Counted from the first letter of the stretch, positions 8,914-17,914 are shown. The stretch: DNA of 40,010 bases from a virus (IMGVR_UViG_3300017707_001389:1-40010), one strand, 5' to 3'. The notes: generated by a model not told the origin, from the sequence alone. Numbers and translations: made by a program.

Positions 8914-9455
8914 TGAGCACGCGCACCTACATGACCGGCCAGAGCACCGTTCGCAAGCACCTTGCCGAACTGCCGCCGAACATGCGCAACCTCGCCGCAC
9001 GCAAGGCACTCTCGAAAGCGGGCGGAATCTTTAAGCGTGGTGCACAAGCCCTCGCGCCCGTCGATACGAAGCTGCTCAAGCAATCGCTGGCAGTCAAGAC
9101 TAAAGTGCCGCGTGACGAAGCCAAGCCAGCTTATACGATGGTCGGCGCACAACGCGGGCGGCGAGCGGCGATTGAGCGACGGCCGCAAGCGCGTCGTCAG
9201 AAGTTGTCGGCACTGCGGAAATCCGCGAATCGCAAGGTGTCAGCGAAAACGCTGAAGCTACTGCCGGGCGGCGCGTTTAAGTACCGCACGCCAACACGCT
9301 ACCTGCACCTCGCGGAAAAGCATCACGGCTTCATGTCGCGAGCCTATAACGCGCACCAATCCGAAGCGGTAGCGGCGATTGAATCAAAGCTGGCGGAAAT
9401 CGTCAAAGACTACAACGCGAGCGTAAAAGCTCCAAAGGATAACGGCGATGGCTAA
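8913..9455 (+). CDS. HK97 gp10-family neck protein
   Basis: 'KALSKAG...AQALAPVDTKLLKQSL', 'YLHLAE', 'FMSRAY'; ATG 8913. Confidence 0.8.
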   Translation: MSTRTYMTGQSTVRKHLAELPPNMRNLAARKALSKAGGIFKRGAQALAPVDTKLLKQSLAVKTKVPRDEAKPAYTMVGAQRGRRAAIERRPQARRQKLSALRKSANRKVSAKTLKLLPGGAFKYRTPTRYLHLAEKHHGFMSRAYNAHQSEAVAAIESKLAEIVKDYNASVKAPKDNGDG

Positions 9456-9885
9456 TAAAGTACTGGGCCTCGGCACGCTCGTCAAAGTGGACGATGACGA
9501 TAGCGGCAGCACGTTCACCACTATCACGCTCGTGCTCAACTGCACCCCGCCGGGCCGCAAGCGAGAACGCATCGACGGCACAAGCCTCAGCGATACGCTG
9601 GCGACGTATGAGGGCGGCATCGAGACGCACAGCGAGTTTACGTTTACCCAGTTCTGGGAGGCGGAGGATACCAATCACGCGATTATGGACACGCTGTTCG
9701 CTCTCGGGTCGGCGACGACTGGCAAGGTGCTGTGGACAGTGACCTACAGCAACACGGCGAGTAGCGGCACAGTTGATCAATTCGAGGGATGGGTATCCGA
9801 TCTCGATCCGCAGACGATCACGGTCAACGGTATCAATCAGCGGAACGTGACGATTCAACGCACCGGCGCTATCACGAGAACCTAA
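9448..9885 (+). CDS. Major tail (tube) protein
   Basis: 'GLGTLV', 'RERIDGTSLSD', 'FEGWVS', C-terminal 'TIQRTGAIT' as in siphoviral tube proteins. Confidence 0.75.
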   Translation: MANKVLGLGTLVKVDDDDSGSTFTTITLVLNCTPPGRKRERIDGTSLSDTLATYEGGIETHSEFTFTQFWEAEDTNHAIMDTLFALGSATTGKVLWTVTYSNTASSGTVDQFEGWVSDLDPQTITVNGINQRNVTIQRTGAITRT

Positions 9886-9887
9886 GC

Positions 9888-10076
9888 ATGAGCATGAAAG
9901 TATTGATCGACCGCACGGTCGATGCCAAGACGCAAAAGGAAGCGCAATCCGATTCGGAATTCAAGGCGGGCAATGCGTACCTCGTCAAAGACGAAGTCGG
10001 TCAACTGCTGATTGATCGCGGCTTTGCTACGAAGGTCGAACGTCTGCGCCCCATCGAGGACCGCAAACCACGATGA
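9888..10076 (+). CDS. Hypothetical protein in tail module
   Basis: ATG 9888; ATGA-coupled to chaperone gene. Confidence 0.6.
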   Translation: MSMKVLIDRTVDAKTQKEAQSDSEFKAGNAYLVKDEVGQLLIDRGFATKVERLRPIEDRKPR

Positions 10077-10426
10077 GCACGCTCGACAAAATCCGCGAAG
10101 CCCATCGGGCACGCCGCAAGGCTGTGAAGGTGGCGGGCGTCGATGTGTCGCTTGCGCCCATCTCTGCAGCGTCGGCGATGGCGCTGCAAAAGCGGCACGC
10201 GGACAAAGCCGGCACGACCGACGACGACCCGGCCTTGCTTGAGCTGTGGATTGACACCATCGCGGCGACGGCGAGAGACGAAGCGGGCCTCGTGTTCGAC
10301 AGCGACGACGGGCGGGCGGTGCTGCGCGAGCTGACGCTGGACGAACTAGCGGACATTGGCGGCGAGGCCTTGCTGATGGCAGGGCTGGCGAAGCCGAAGG
10401 ACGAAGCGGACGCAAAAAAAAACTGA
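10073..10426 (+). CDS. Tail assembly chaperone (lambda gpG-like)
   Basis: Between tube and tape measure; ends AKKN on a slippery A9-C run. Confidence 0.8.
   Translation: MSTLDKIREAHRARRKAVKVAGVDVSLAPISAASAMALQKRHADKAGTTDDDPALLELWIDTIAATARDEAGLVFDSDDGRAVLRELTLDELADIGGEALLMAGLAKPKDEADAKKN
10414..10423 (+). promoter_or_regulatory. -1 programmed frameshift site (AAAAAAAAAC)
   Basis: GCA AAA AAA AAC TGA; the -1 frame is open and continues into ORF 10510-10878. Confidence 0.8.
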
Positions 10427-10878
10427 CGGAAGAGGAAAAGCTGGCCTTTCGCATCATCCTCACCGGTGCGGCGGATGGCTGCCTAACACCGGCGGAACTG
10501 TGGGAGCGATTGGACTTCGCGGCGTGGCTGAAGTGGCTGCAATTCGCCAGCGAGGAACCTTTCGGCGACTACCGGGCAGATATGAGGATGGCGACGCAAA
10601 CGCTGAATATCCTGGCGGCGTTTTGCGAGGGAGTGGATACGCCGAGCCTGGTTTGGCCCTACATCGAATCGGCTGAGGACGTGGCGGACAAGGCGAAAGA
10701 AATGCTCGCCGACATCAGAAGCGGAAAGTATGGCTCGCTCACTCGGAACACTGGTTATTCACCTGGGCCTCGACGACAAGGGGCTGCAGAAGGGGGCGGC
10801 GTCGGCCAACCAGACGGTGCAGCAACTCAACACGCGAATCAGCACGCTGAGAACCGCGAATCTCCAACCGCTGACTAA
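10423..10878 (+). CDS. Frameshift extension of tail chaperone (gpT-like)
   Basis: -1 frame reads LTEEEKLAFRII...WLQFASEEPFGDYRADMRMA; the 'EPFG..RAD.R' motif is typical of gpT-like proteins. Confidence 0.75.
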   Translation: MTEEEKLAFRIILTGAADGCLTPAELWERLDFAAWLKWLQFASEEPFGDYRADMRMATQTLNILAAFCEGVDTPSLVWPYIESAEDVADKAKEMLADIRSGKYGSLTRNTGYSPGPRRQGAAEGGGVGQPDGAATQHANQHAENRESPTAD

Positions 10879-11686
10879 GAGCGTGGGCACGTTCAAAGAA
10901 TCGCTGTCCAATACGATCCCGCTCCTGAACATGATCGACGCGCGGCTAGGGGCAATCGCTCAAAGCGGTGCGAATGTCGCCGGCGCACTCAAGGGCGCGG
11001 GCGGATTGGCGGGCGGTGGTGGCGGTGCTCTAGCTGTGGCAGGCGGCGGACTCGTGGCGGCCGGCGTCGTCGCTCTCGGCAAAGCGTGGTGGGATACGGT
11101 CGGCGTCGTCCACAAGATGCGCGAGGCACAAGCCCAGCAAGCAGCCGATGCCATCAAGAAACTGAAGGACCAGAAAGCCGCCGCAATCGCCGCCGCGAAA
11201 GCCCGCGCCGAAGCGGAGGCGGAAGCCACAAAGAAGTTCCTCGAAGGGCTGGAGCAGCAGCGGGCTGAACTGGCCGCGACGATCCGCGACCAACAGCAGG
11301 CACAACAGCAGCTCGGCGAGTCAATCACCGAATCGCTCCGCACGCCGCAAGAGGCATTCAAGGCGACGATGGCCGAGCTGACAGCCTTGCGCGAGAACGG
11401 CTTTATCACAATGGAAACCTTCCGCCGTGGTGCGAAGCGAGCGGCGGAGGAGCTCAAGGGCGTGAAGAACAACATGGAAGAGATCAACGCCATGCGGCAG
11501 GGCATCGGCGCGGCGGAACGGTTCACGATGGGCGGCTTTTCAGCAGTGCAACAAGGGCAGCGCGACGCACAAGCACAAGCCCGTGAAGCCCAACTCCGCA
11601 AGCAGCAACACGACGAAACGAACCGACTTCTCAACGCCATGCTAAAGAAGCCGGGCATCGCCATCACTCCCACGGATTTCACTTAG
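10730..11686 (+). CDS. Tape measure protein (short, 318 aa)
   Basis: N-terminal 'LGTLVIHLGLDDKGLQKG', Gly/Ala hydrophobic segment, Ala/Gln/Glu-rich helices; follows chaperone. Confidence 0.8.
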   Translation: MARSLGTLVIHLGLDDKGLQKGAASANQTVQQLNTRISTLRTANLQPLTKSVGTFKESLSNTIPLLNMIDARLGAIAQSGANVAGALKGAGGLAGGGGGALAVAGGGLVAAGVVALGKAWWDTVGVVHKMREAQAQQAADAIKKLKDQKAAAIAAAKARAEAEAEATKKFLEGLEQQRAELAATIRDQQQAQQQLGESITESLRTPQEAFKATMAELTALRENGFITMETFRRGAKRAAEELKGVKNNMEEINAMRQGIGAAERFTMGGFSAVQQGQRDAQAQAREAQLRKQQHDETNRLLNAMLKKPGIAITPTDFT

Positions 11687-12726
11687 TGGCCGTCACCGCA
11701 TCCATCTTGAAACCTTCGTTATCCGGAGCCGTGACAGGCAAAAGCCGGCTGACGGCGAAGCGCAGCTATACGGCCATCTATCAACTATCGGCAGAGCAAG
11801 AGGACGGGCCGGGCGTCATCATCGACTATTTCAAAGGCAGCCCCGACCATCCTTTCATTGGCGACCGCTACAACCTCAACGGCTATCGTGACAACTCCGT
11901 GCGGTGCAAGTCGATCACCCCGCGGCGGATTGATAGCGGTGTCGGCCAGTGGCTCGCCGCCGTGGAGTGGGAACCGCCGGAAGGAACCGACGACGACGAT
12001 ACCGAAACGGGCACGGACATCAACGGCGAGGATACCGACAACCCGCTGGAATGGCACGACGAGATCGATGTCGGGTACACGCAGCTATCTATTCCCGTGG
12101 AGCAAGCCCGCTTCAAGGGCTGCAATCGGGACGGTGGCATCCGCCAGCGAATTACCGGCCTCGATCTCGACACGATCACGATGCCGTGCAATTCGGCCCT
12201 CGTGCCGTTCGATCCTGGGATTGAGAAGGAAATCGACATCAAGGTCGTGCGCATCACGAAGAACCTGGAAAGCTACGACGCCAATTTCTTCAGCAACTTC
12301 ATTGGCCGCGTGAACTCCGACAAAGTTGTCATCAACAAACGCGAGTACAAGTTTCGTGATGTGTGGAGTCCGCTGAATGCTCGCATCAAGCAGATTAGCG
12401 GCACCTTTCAGATCACGAACAAGATTCCCTATTGGAAGCAGACCGTAGAGGTGCACGTCAACCCGCTCGGCTGGCGGCGACTCCTGCTTGATCGTGGCGT
12501 GGAGGAACTGTTTCGCGGCGAACAGAAGGACTACCAAGGGAACACGATCAGCAATAGCGACGAGCGCGTCGGCAAGCTTCAGCAGAAGCAGGACGCGGAC
12601 GGATACCCGATTACCACGCCGGTGCCTTTTGACGGTAATGGCCGCGCCCTCGCCGAAGGCAAGCCCGCTGTGTTCCTCGAATGGCAGATTTACGAAGAGA
12701 TTCCCTTTGCTCCGCTGAACTGGTGA
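11686..12726 (+). CDS. Putative distal tail/hub protein
   Basis: Directly after TMP; GTG start overlaps TMP stop; no family motif recognised. Confidence 0.55.
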   Translation: MAVTASILKPSLSGAVTGKSRLTAKRSYTAIYQLSAEQEDGPGVIIDYFKGSPDHPFIGDRYNLNGYRDNSVRCKSITPRRIDSGVGQWLAAVEWEPPEGTDDDDTETGTDINGEDTDNPLEWHDEIDVGYTQLSIPVEQARFKGCNRDGGIRQRITGLDLDTITMPCNSALVPFDPGIEKEIDIKVVRITKNLESYDANFFSNFIGRVNSDKVVINKREYKFRDVWSPLNARIKQISGTFQITNKIPYWKQTVEVHVNPLGWRRLLLDRGVEELFRGEQKDYQGNTISNSDERVGKLQQKQDADGYPITTPVPFDGNGRALAEGKPAVFLEWQIYEEIPFAPLNW

Positions 12727-12730
12727 ACCA

Positions 12731-13828
12731 ATGGCATTTGTCAAGCGATGGGTCGGCGGAGTCTCGACGGCCTACAGCCTCTATACGAACTGGGCGAAGA
12801 TCAGCGTGCGCAACTCGCTCTATTCATGGACCGCGAGCGGCAGCGGCACGAACGAGTATTACTTGCGCACCGCGGCGAATGGCAACCCGAACATCGGCGG
12901 CGAGCCCGGCGGCTTGTATATCAACGGCACGCTCGCCACGCCTGGGACGGCCGGCTCGCTCGCGAACCTTGCGTGGGATTGGGCCGACAACGATACGCTC
13001 GGCTATTCGACCATCTACATCCGCCTCAATGCTGGCGACCCCGATTCGCAGGTTCTCGACTACGTGCAATTTCAAGCCATCCCGGTCGCGACGGATGACG
13101 TCCGCATTCCCGCCGGCAGTGCATCCATCGCCAGCGGCCTCGATCAATCCGCCGTGGCAATCGTCGATTTCATCGTGGAGGACGGCTACACCGGCGACAT
13201 CGGCAGCAGTACCGAATACCTCCGCATCGACCCCGACAAGTTCGAGTTTTCGGCAACCGATGGGACCGCCTATATCGACGTGGGCACGGCATCATCGCTG
13301 GCGTGCCAAATCTACAGCACCGGCAGCGCGGACACTGGCGAGCGTGGCTTGTACCTCCTCGGCTCGGCGATCGGCGTACTGAACGTCACGGGGGGGCAGG
13401 TCGGCGTGGCCGTTCGCGCGGGCGAGACGGCGACCGTGACAACGGCGCGTCTGCAAAGTGATTCGTCGTCTCTCTGGCTCGGCGAGGGCGTCACGCTCAC
13501 GACCTACCAGCAGCAAGCCGGCACCGGCATCCTGCGCTGCGGCGCGACGACCGTGCTCGTCTATGACGGCACGCTGCTAACGCAAGAGGTGGCGGCCATC
13601 ACCACGCTGAGCCAAAAGGGCGGCGCGATCACCGCCAACGGCACCGGCACCGTAGGGACGTGGAACCTTTACGCCGGCGTCATCGACTTGCAAAAGAGCG
13701 GTGCCGCGCGGACGATCACGACACTGAATAAGTACCGCGGCGAATCCGAGATCCGCCGCAACAAAGAAGCCGTGACGATCACGACGGAAACCGCGCAGGA
13801 CAGCTACACCGAAAGCATCACCGCCTGA
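12731..13828 (+). CDS. Putative tail/virion protein, beta-helix-like C-terminus
   Basis: Repeating 'TTLxQxGG/TVLVYDG/TWNLYAG' units; tail-module position. Confidence 0.55.
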   Translation: MAFVKRWVGGVSTAYSLYTNWAKISVRNSLYSWTASGSGTNEYYLRTAANGNPNIGGEPGGLYINGTLATPGTAGSLANLAWDWADNDTLGYSTIYIRLNAGDPDSQVLDYVQFQAIPVATDDVRIPAGSASIASGLDQSAVAIVDFIVEDGYTGDIGSSTEYLRIDPDKFEFSATDGTAYIDVGTASSLACQIYSTGSADTGERGLYLLGSAIGVLNVTGGQVGVAVRAGETATVTTARLQSDSSSLWLGEGVTLTTYQQQAGTGILRCGATTVLVYDGTLLTQEVAAITTLSQKGGAITANGTGTVGTWNLYAGVIDLQKSGAARTITTLNKYRGESEIRRNKEAVTITTETAQDSYTESITA

Positions 13829-14199
13829 TGTCGCTCCGCACGCTCACCGACCGCGCCGTGGACAAGTTGGGGGCGATGCTCCGCAGCTACGGCCGGCGAC
13901 TGGTCACGCTGGAGCGGCAACTGAAGACGGTCGGCAGCGGGCGGCGTAGCTACAAGCCCAGCCGTAACTACATCTGCAAGACCGGCAGTGCGATTGCCGC
14001 TATCTCGACCGACACGCCTGGCAGCGGCACCGTCACGATCTACCGTATCAACTCCTCTGGCGTGCTCGTGACGACCGGCCGCACGATCACCGCCTACAAC
14101 ATCAGCGGCGTGGAGGTAGCGGCGGCGACCTATATCCAGGTGAAAGAGGAACTCGGAAGCTGCAAGTTCATCGTGGATATGGAGGCGTGCCCCGCATAA
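13828..14199 (+). CDS. Putative tail protein
   Basis: N-terminal coiled segment plus beta domain ending 'VDMEACPA'; overlapping start/stop at both ends. Confidence 0.55.
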   Translation: MSLRTLTDRAVDKLGAMLRSYGRRLVTLERQLKTVGSGRRSYKPSRNYICKTGSAIAAISTDTPGSGTVTIYRINSSGVLVTTGRTITAYNISGVEVAAATYIQVKEELGSCKFIVDMEACPA

Positions 14200-15239
14200 T
14201 GGGATGGAAGAAAAACAATCCGGGCGATCCGTGCTGCGTCGATTGCGTGATTCTCGAAGATGAGTTTACGCGGGCGGACTCGTCGAGCATGGGCAGCGAT
14301 TGGAGCGAGCGGTCGGGCGACTGGTCAATCGCGAGCAATGCCGCCGTGTGCGATTCGGCCAGCGGATTGATGGTGACGACGGCAAGCCATCCCGACGCCT
14401 CTCCGGATTGCTTCGTGGAGGCTGTCATTAACGCGAACACGGCCGATGACGTTGCCAAGGTAATCCTCGGATACGTTGACGATAACAACTACTTCTTCGC
14501 CCAGGCGAGATTCACCGCTACTAACTCGTTCCTGCGACTCGGCAAGGTGGTCGCTGGCGTGCAAACCATGCTGGGCTTTAGCGAGACAACAAACGCCAGC
14601 GGCGAAACGAATTTAGACGGCAAGCTGCGGGTGTGCTACGCAAACGGAACGATTACCGCGGCGTTATATGCCACAACCACGGCAACGCTGCCGGTATACA
14701 CGTCGGCAAGCGAAACCGTAACCGGAACAAAGGTCGGCATCGGTACCGGCACGAGGGCTGGCACGATCGCCTTCAAAGAGTTCTCCTGGCAGCAAAAGCT
14801 ATCGGTGGCGCACCCCGATTGCCCGACGTGCGACAAGCCTTGCGTCAACTGCGACGATGGCACGTGGCCCTACGCCATGCAAGTCGAGTTTGACGGTGTG
14901 GCAGACGCAGACTGCGCATCATGCAACGAGTACTTCAACGACACCGCGTTCATCCTGCTCCCCAATTACCTCAGCACGTCAAACCCTGGCGTATCTGAGT
15001 GCATCTATAATCTCAATCTATCGACCTGCGCGGGTCTCACGGATATGTCGTTTAACCATGCGGTGTTCGGCGTATTCTGGCGGCTTATCGTTATTGATGA
15101 CGCAACCTGGGACGCGGGCGCGTTGTCTGGCGATCCAACGCACGACTGCGCAGACCCACAAGTGCCGTCGCTCACTGGCGGATTGCAGTTCTATTGTGAC
15201 TGGTCAGCCTCGACCGTCACTTACACGCCGCTCATATGA
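14199..15239 (+). CDS. Cys-rich putative tail-tip/receptor-binding protein with lectin-like core
   Basis: About 16 Cys; 'EDEFTRADSS..G.DW....G.WSI' concanavalin-like start; ATG 14199. Confidence 0.5.
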   Translation: MGWKKNNPGDPCCVDCVILEDEFTRADSSSMGSDWSERSGDWSIASNAAVCDSASGLMVTTASHPDASPDCFVEAVINANTADDVAKVILGYVDDNNYFFAQARFTATNSFLRLGKVVAGVQTMLGFSETTNASGETNLDGKLRVCYANGTITAALYATTTATLPVYTSASETVTGTKVGIGTGTRAGTIAFKEFSWQQKLSVAHPDCPTCDKPCVNCDDGTWPYAMQVEFDGVADADCASCNEYFNDTAFILLPNYLSTSNPGVSECIYNLNLSTCAGLTDMSFNHAVFGVFWRLIVIDDATWDAGALSGDPTHDCADPQVPSLTGGLQFYCDWSASTVTYTPLI

Positions 15240-15595
15240 CACCATTTGCCACCATCGCCACGAAAGAGATTGATGGCGTGCCGTACTATCGCCACAAGTG
15301 CGTGCGGTGCGGTGCGGTCTGCGCGTGGACGCGAAAGACGAAGCTGCATTGCGGCTGCGCGCCAACGCCTCAGATTGAATGCGTGCATCGAGGCGAGCCG
15401 ATCGGCCAGCACGCCTGCGAGGTCTGCGGCCTGCGCGGCGTGATGGTTGCGGTGCATCAATGCACGCTCCTCGATGCGCCCTGCGTCATTCGCCCCTGGA
15501 CGAACCTACGCCGCAAGATGACAGAGGCGGGCGAGACGGCGTGCATCACGTGCAGGGAGCGGACGCTGGCGGATGGAAGCAAGCCGTGGGGCTAA
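15236..15595 (+). CDS. Cys-rich small protein (CxxC clusters)
   Basis: 12 Cys in 119 aa: CVRC, CGC, CEVC, CITC. Confidence 0.6.
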   Translation: MTPFATIATKEIDGVPYYRHKCVRCGAVCAWTRKTKLHCGCAPTPQIECVHRGEPIGQHACEVCGLRGVMVAVHQCTLLDAPCVIRPWTNLRRKMTEAGETACITCRERTLADGSKPWG

Positions 15596-16041
15596 AAGAA
15601 CTCGAAGTCGCCGACCTTCTTACCGCTCTCGAGCTTGCTGGCAATCGCCGCCGCATCTATTGCCGCGATAATCCAGACGACAATCGCACCCGCCCCTAGC
15701 GTCAGCGCACCGATCACGACCGCCGACACGAGCAATAGCAGCCCCTTGGCAATCTGTCCCATCATCATCTGCGGCAAGCCGACCAAGAGCAGCGAGAGGA
15801 TCACGGCGATCGCTGGGCTAAGGGAGCTACCGCCGCGAGCACGAACCGGCCCGCGGTGAAGCTTCCGCCGATGCACCGTTGTCATCGTCAGCGGCTTGAC
15901 CGGCTCCACGTAGGTCGCCTGCGGGTATTGATAGGGCGGCATCTGGAACATCTGGCCGCAGTAGGTGCAAGCAACGGGCTGTCCGCTAAGCTGGGGCACG
16001 GCTACGAATTCACCAGCACAGTGTGGGCACGATACGTTCAT
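15592..16041 (-). CDS. Zn-ribbon plus TM2-like membrane protein
   Basis: MNVSCPHC...CTYCG, then 'SPAIAVILSLLLVGLPQMMMGQIAKG' and hydrophobic helices; only convincing minus-strand gene. Confidence 0.75.
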   Translation of the reverse strand: MNVSCPHCAGEFVAVPQLSGQPVACTYCGQMFQMPPYQYPQATYVEPVKPLTMTTVHRRKLHRGPVRARGGSSLSPAIAVILSLLLVGLPQMMMGQIAKGLLLLVSAVVIGALTLGAGAIVVWIIAAIDAAAIASKLESGKKVGDFEFF

Positions 16042-16161
16042 ACCATTCCCCAGCGACAATCCCGCCCAAAGCGCACGCGCAAAAGGCTGGCCGTGGGATC
16101 GCACCACGTTTGCGGACGCAAGCCCGCCAGATATCTGACCTGCCGCCAGCCACCGTCAATC

Positions 16162-16189
16162 TTGCAATCTCTCCCCTGCAAGCTATACT
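16162..16189 (+). promoter_or_regulatory. Sigma70-like promoter, probably giving a leaderless HTH transcript
   Basis: TTGCAA (16162-16167), 16 bp, TATACT (16184-16189); ATG at 16196 with no SD. Confidence 0.5.
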
Positions 16190-16195
16190 TAGCCC

Positions 16196-16420
16196 ATGCT
16201 ACTCGTCAACCGTACTTATCTGACCACCGCCGAAGTCGCCGGACTTATGGGACTGACGACTGGACGAATCCGGCAATTCGCCTTTCGCGGTCAACTGAAG
16301 CCTGCAAAAAAAATCGGCAACGTCTTACTCTTCGACGCCGAAGAAGTGCTGAAATTCGCTGAAATACCGCGAAAAATCGGTCGTCCGAAATTTTCCGATT
16401 CTGCTGTTGACAAAGCTTAG
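16196..16420 (+). CDS. Excisionase-like HTH DNA-binding protein (HTH_17/MerR-like)
   Basis: 'YLTTAEVAGLMGLTTGRIRQFAFRGQL...KIGNVLLFDAEEV'; C-terminal GRPK. Confidence 0.85.
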   Translation: MLLVNRTYLTTAEVAGLMGLTTGRIRQFAFRGQLKPAKKIGNVLLFDAEEVLKFAEIPRKIGRPKFSDSAVDKA

Positions 16421-16435
16421 CAGTGTCGATAATCT
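16407..16435 (+). promoter_or_regulatory. Sigma70-like early promoter
   Basis: TTGACA (16407-16412), 17 bp, TAATCT (16430-16435). Confidence 0.6.
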
Positions 16436-16578
16436 TTGGCGTAGTTGAGTGACGGGTGCAGACCGCAAAACCAATGCCACCGCTGCGTTCGCACCCGAGT
16501 CACTCAGATTAAAGCCGGTGTTGCGACGGAAGCATTTCTAGTCAAGCACTTTTTCATATCACCTCGGGGAGTAGCGGC

Positions 16579-16818
16579 ATGGATACGGTCACAAGGGAAT
16601 GGGGTAAGGCGATTCCACAGAACGAATACAGTGCCACCGATGCAGAGCTACTAGAGATAGCGAGGCTCGCCAACAACTGCGCAAGAAACATTGGCACTTC
16701 AATTCAGGACGAACCGGGCAAAGTGTGCTGCGGATGCGGCATGGAATACAAGCTCGAAAACGGCAGCACCGTTCAAGTTATGGTGTCGCTGAAACTGGAG
16801 GACGAGGACGAGACATGA
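16579..16818 (+). CDS. Hypothetical protein
   Basis: SD GGGGAG; ATGA-coupled to next gene. Confidence 0.6.
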   Translation: MDTVTREWGKAIPQNEYSATDAELLEIARLANNCARNIGTSIQDEPGKVCCGCGMEYKLENGSTVQVMVSLKLEDEDET

Positions 16819-17081
16819 CGCAGCCCCTCCTCGATTTCGACGGCAACACCTACCGCGCCACCCGCGATCAGGATCGCCTCTCCGGCCTTCATGCGCGCGT
16901 GGCCGCGTACATGTCGGACGGACGCTGGCACACGCTGGCGGAGATTCAGGCGGCGTGCGGAGGGACAGAGGCAAGTTGCTCGGCTCGCTTGCGAGACTTT
17001 CGCAAAGCTCGCTTCGGCGGCAAGACGGTGGAACGCGAGTACGTCGGCGATGGACTTTGGCAGTATCGACTGAGGAACTAA
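16815..17081 (+). CDS. Winged-helix DNA-binding protein
   Basis: 'DGRWHTLAEIQAACGGTEASCSARLRDFRK...VERE..G.GLWQYRL'. Confidence 0.7.
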   Translation: MTQPLLDFDGNTYRATRDQDRLSGLHARVAAYMSDGRWHTLAEIQAACGGTEASCSARLRDFRKARFGGKTVEREYVGDGLWQYRLRN

Positions 17082-17157
17082 CCCCGCTTCGCTCGCCCGA
17101 CTCCTCCGCGATCACGGCATCGACACGGTGAGCAAGCGGAAACACAACGAGGACAAC

Positions 17158-17409
17158 ATGACCACCCCCGAACTAATGCGGATCGTCCACGACGAACTAG
17201 CCGACCTACGCTCCGACGCCGAACGCATCGCCTTCCTTAAACGGGCCTTGCATCGCGTCCTCGAAAACCACGCGGACCTCGCGCGGAAGCTCGAGGACGC
17301 GAAGGACATCGAAGGGTACGCCGGTTATGCGGCGGACCAGGCGGAGGACGCGATTAGGATGGCGCGGCCGCGGGCGGATGAGCGGGCGGCGAATACGTTT
17401 GCGAGGTGA
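17158..17409 (+). CDS. Hypothetical helical protein
   Basis: SD GAGGA before ATG 17158. Confidence 0.55.
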   Translation: MTTPELMRIVHDELADLRSDAERIAFLKRALHRVLENHADLARKLEDAKDIEGYAGYAADQAEDAIRMARPRADERAANTFAR

Positions 17410-17412
17410 GCC

Positions 17413-17637
17413 ATGCATCCTGAACCACTCCTCCGCGCCTGTCATCACCACCGCATCCGTGCCGGCGAAGCAGCGATCGTGCGCGGCATCGTGGTGACGA
17501 CGACAGAGGTGTTCCAACGCATCTTCCCCGATGCGACGCCGGAGGAGTATCGGTGCTACGACGGGGACGGGTGGAAGTGGACGCGAGTCGTGGAAGTGAA
17601 CGGGGCGAGAGTGATTTTTAGAGCGTATGGACAGTAA
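17413..17637 (+). CDS. Hypothetical protein
   Basis: SD GAGGTG; tiles the operon. Confidence 0.55.
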   Translation: MHPEPLLRACHHHRIRAGEAAIVRGIVVTTTEVFQRIFPDATPEEYRCYDGDGWKWTRVVEVNGARVIFRAYGQ

Positions 17638-17734
17638 GGGCCGACGCATGACGCGCGGCGGCAGGAAGCCACAACACGGACGAACCGCGGCAAGCTCGGA
17701 GCGAGCCGCGAGGAGTCCTAAAGGGAGAAGCGAT

Positions 17735-17914
17735 ATGAAACGCGGAAATCTAATCGTGAGTCGGAAGCCAGAGGAAACCATCGTGGTCGGCAAAGGTGCG
17801 GACCAAATCATTATCACGGTCTACCGCTGCGACCAGGGACGCGTGCGCATCGGCGTTAACGCTCCGGTTGATGTGGTGATTCGTCGCGGAGAACTGAAGG
17901 AGACAGTGGCATGA
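17735..17914 (+). CDS. csrA: CsrA/RsmA-family RNA-binding translational regulator
   Basis: 'LIVSRKPEETIVVG...IIITV....GRVRIGVNAPVDVVIRRGEL' matches the CsrA consensus including the conserved RxE; SD GGGAGA. Confidence 0.9.
   Translation: MKRGNLIVSRKPEETIVVGKGADQIIITVYRCDQGRVRIGVNAPVDVVIRRGELKETVA

Noticed and set aside
14199-15239. Diversity-generating retroelement target
   Set aside because: No reverse transcriptase and no template/variable repeat pair noticed
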